Origin: Callorhinchus milii
Taxonomy: Eukaryota
DNA length: 64,000 nt
Assembly: GCF_018977255.1 (NCBI RefSeq)
Contig: NW_024704743.1
Coordinates: 28,460,001-28,524,000, forward strand
Direction of reading: 5' to 3'
The translations under genes were made by a program, and so were the position numbers. Positions 63,518-64,000 of this stretch are shown piece by piece; the first letter of the stretch is position 1; every line of letters starts with the position of its first letter. The notes under the pieces are model-generated. The model searched no databases. It was given only the letters and a program-made list of their open reading frames with translations, and was not told the DNA's origin.

Positions 63518-64000
63518 ATGGATGTCAAATTTACTGGTCTTGTATCCTGGGTCACTTTTGCTACCTTTCTTACAAATAGCAGTAACATCTCCCTTTCTCC
63601 AGTCCGTGGCACGCTCCAGGGTTCAGTAATTTGTGCCAGTGTTTCTGCAAATTACTCCCTTAGTTCCTTAAAGATCCTTGGATGCAATTTATCTGGCCTC
63701 TGATATTTATTAACTATAAGTTTGTGTAGCTGTTTGGCAACCATGCTGTTAGTGATGTGAATCATATTGCAACTTTCCTCTGTGACATCCTTGAGTTCCC
63801 TTTCCGGATCAGATTGGTTACCTGTCTGCTCCTTAGTAAAAACTGAAACAAAGAACTTATTTAGCACTATTGCAGCCTGTGCAGCAATAATTGTCATGTC
63901 CTCTCATGATCCCACCTTGAGTGACCATATTCCATCTCTTGCTTTCTTTTTCTCTTGAAGTATCTGAAAAACTTTTTGTCATTATCCTTCACATCTCTTA
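63518..64000 (-). mobile_element. CR1 LINE ORF2 fragment
   Basis: LNKFFVSVFTKE...RPDKLHPRIFKEL, typical CR1 pre-RT motifs. Confidence 0.85.

Overview
Vertebrate genomic DNA, repeat-rich and AT-rich. The L2/CR1 LINEs and tRNA-SINEs suggest a fish, probably cartilaginous (inference only). The core is a clade-B serpin (ov-serpin, SERPINB1/B6-like) birth-and-death cluster. Copy B is one apparently intact gene on + (CDS exons 30909-41792, 378 aa, GC-AG intron after the first coding exon, reactive centre P1-P1' Arg-Cys). Copy A is an upstream pseudogene on + (6841-20049). Copies C (47310-47713) and D (53025-54049) are inverted pseudogene fragments on -. The four reactive-centre loops have diverged (P1 Met/Arg/Arg/Glu). 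The cluster lies in a mosaic of direct and inverted segmental duplications that also carries stray exons of unrelated genes: a MAPRE/EB exon at 1848-1993 and a decayed LINS1 terminal exon at 23483-24689. The right end (about 56480-62563, minus strand) holds a decayed endogenous retrovirus-like element. It has a 5' LTR, a tRNA-Arg-like PBS, a coiled-coil gag with a CCHC knuckle and PSAP motif, a protease and an integrase, with RT/RNase H deleted. Its env combines a signal peptide, an immunoglobulin-like domain, a furin site and a fusion-type ectodomain. Related solo-LTR-like copies sit about 1 kb upstream of both + strand serpin promoters. All family assignments come from motif recognition by eye, not database searches.
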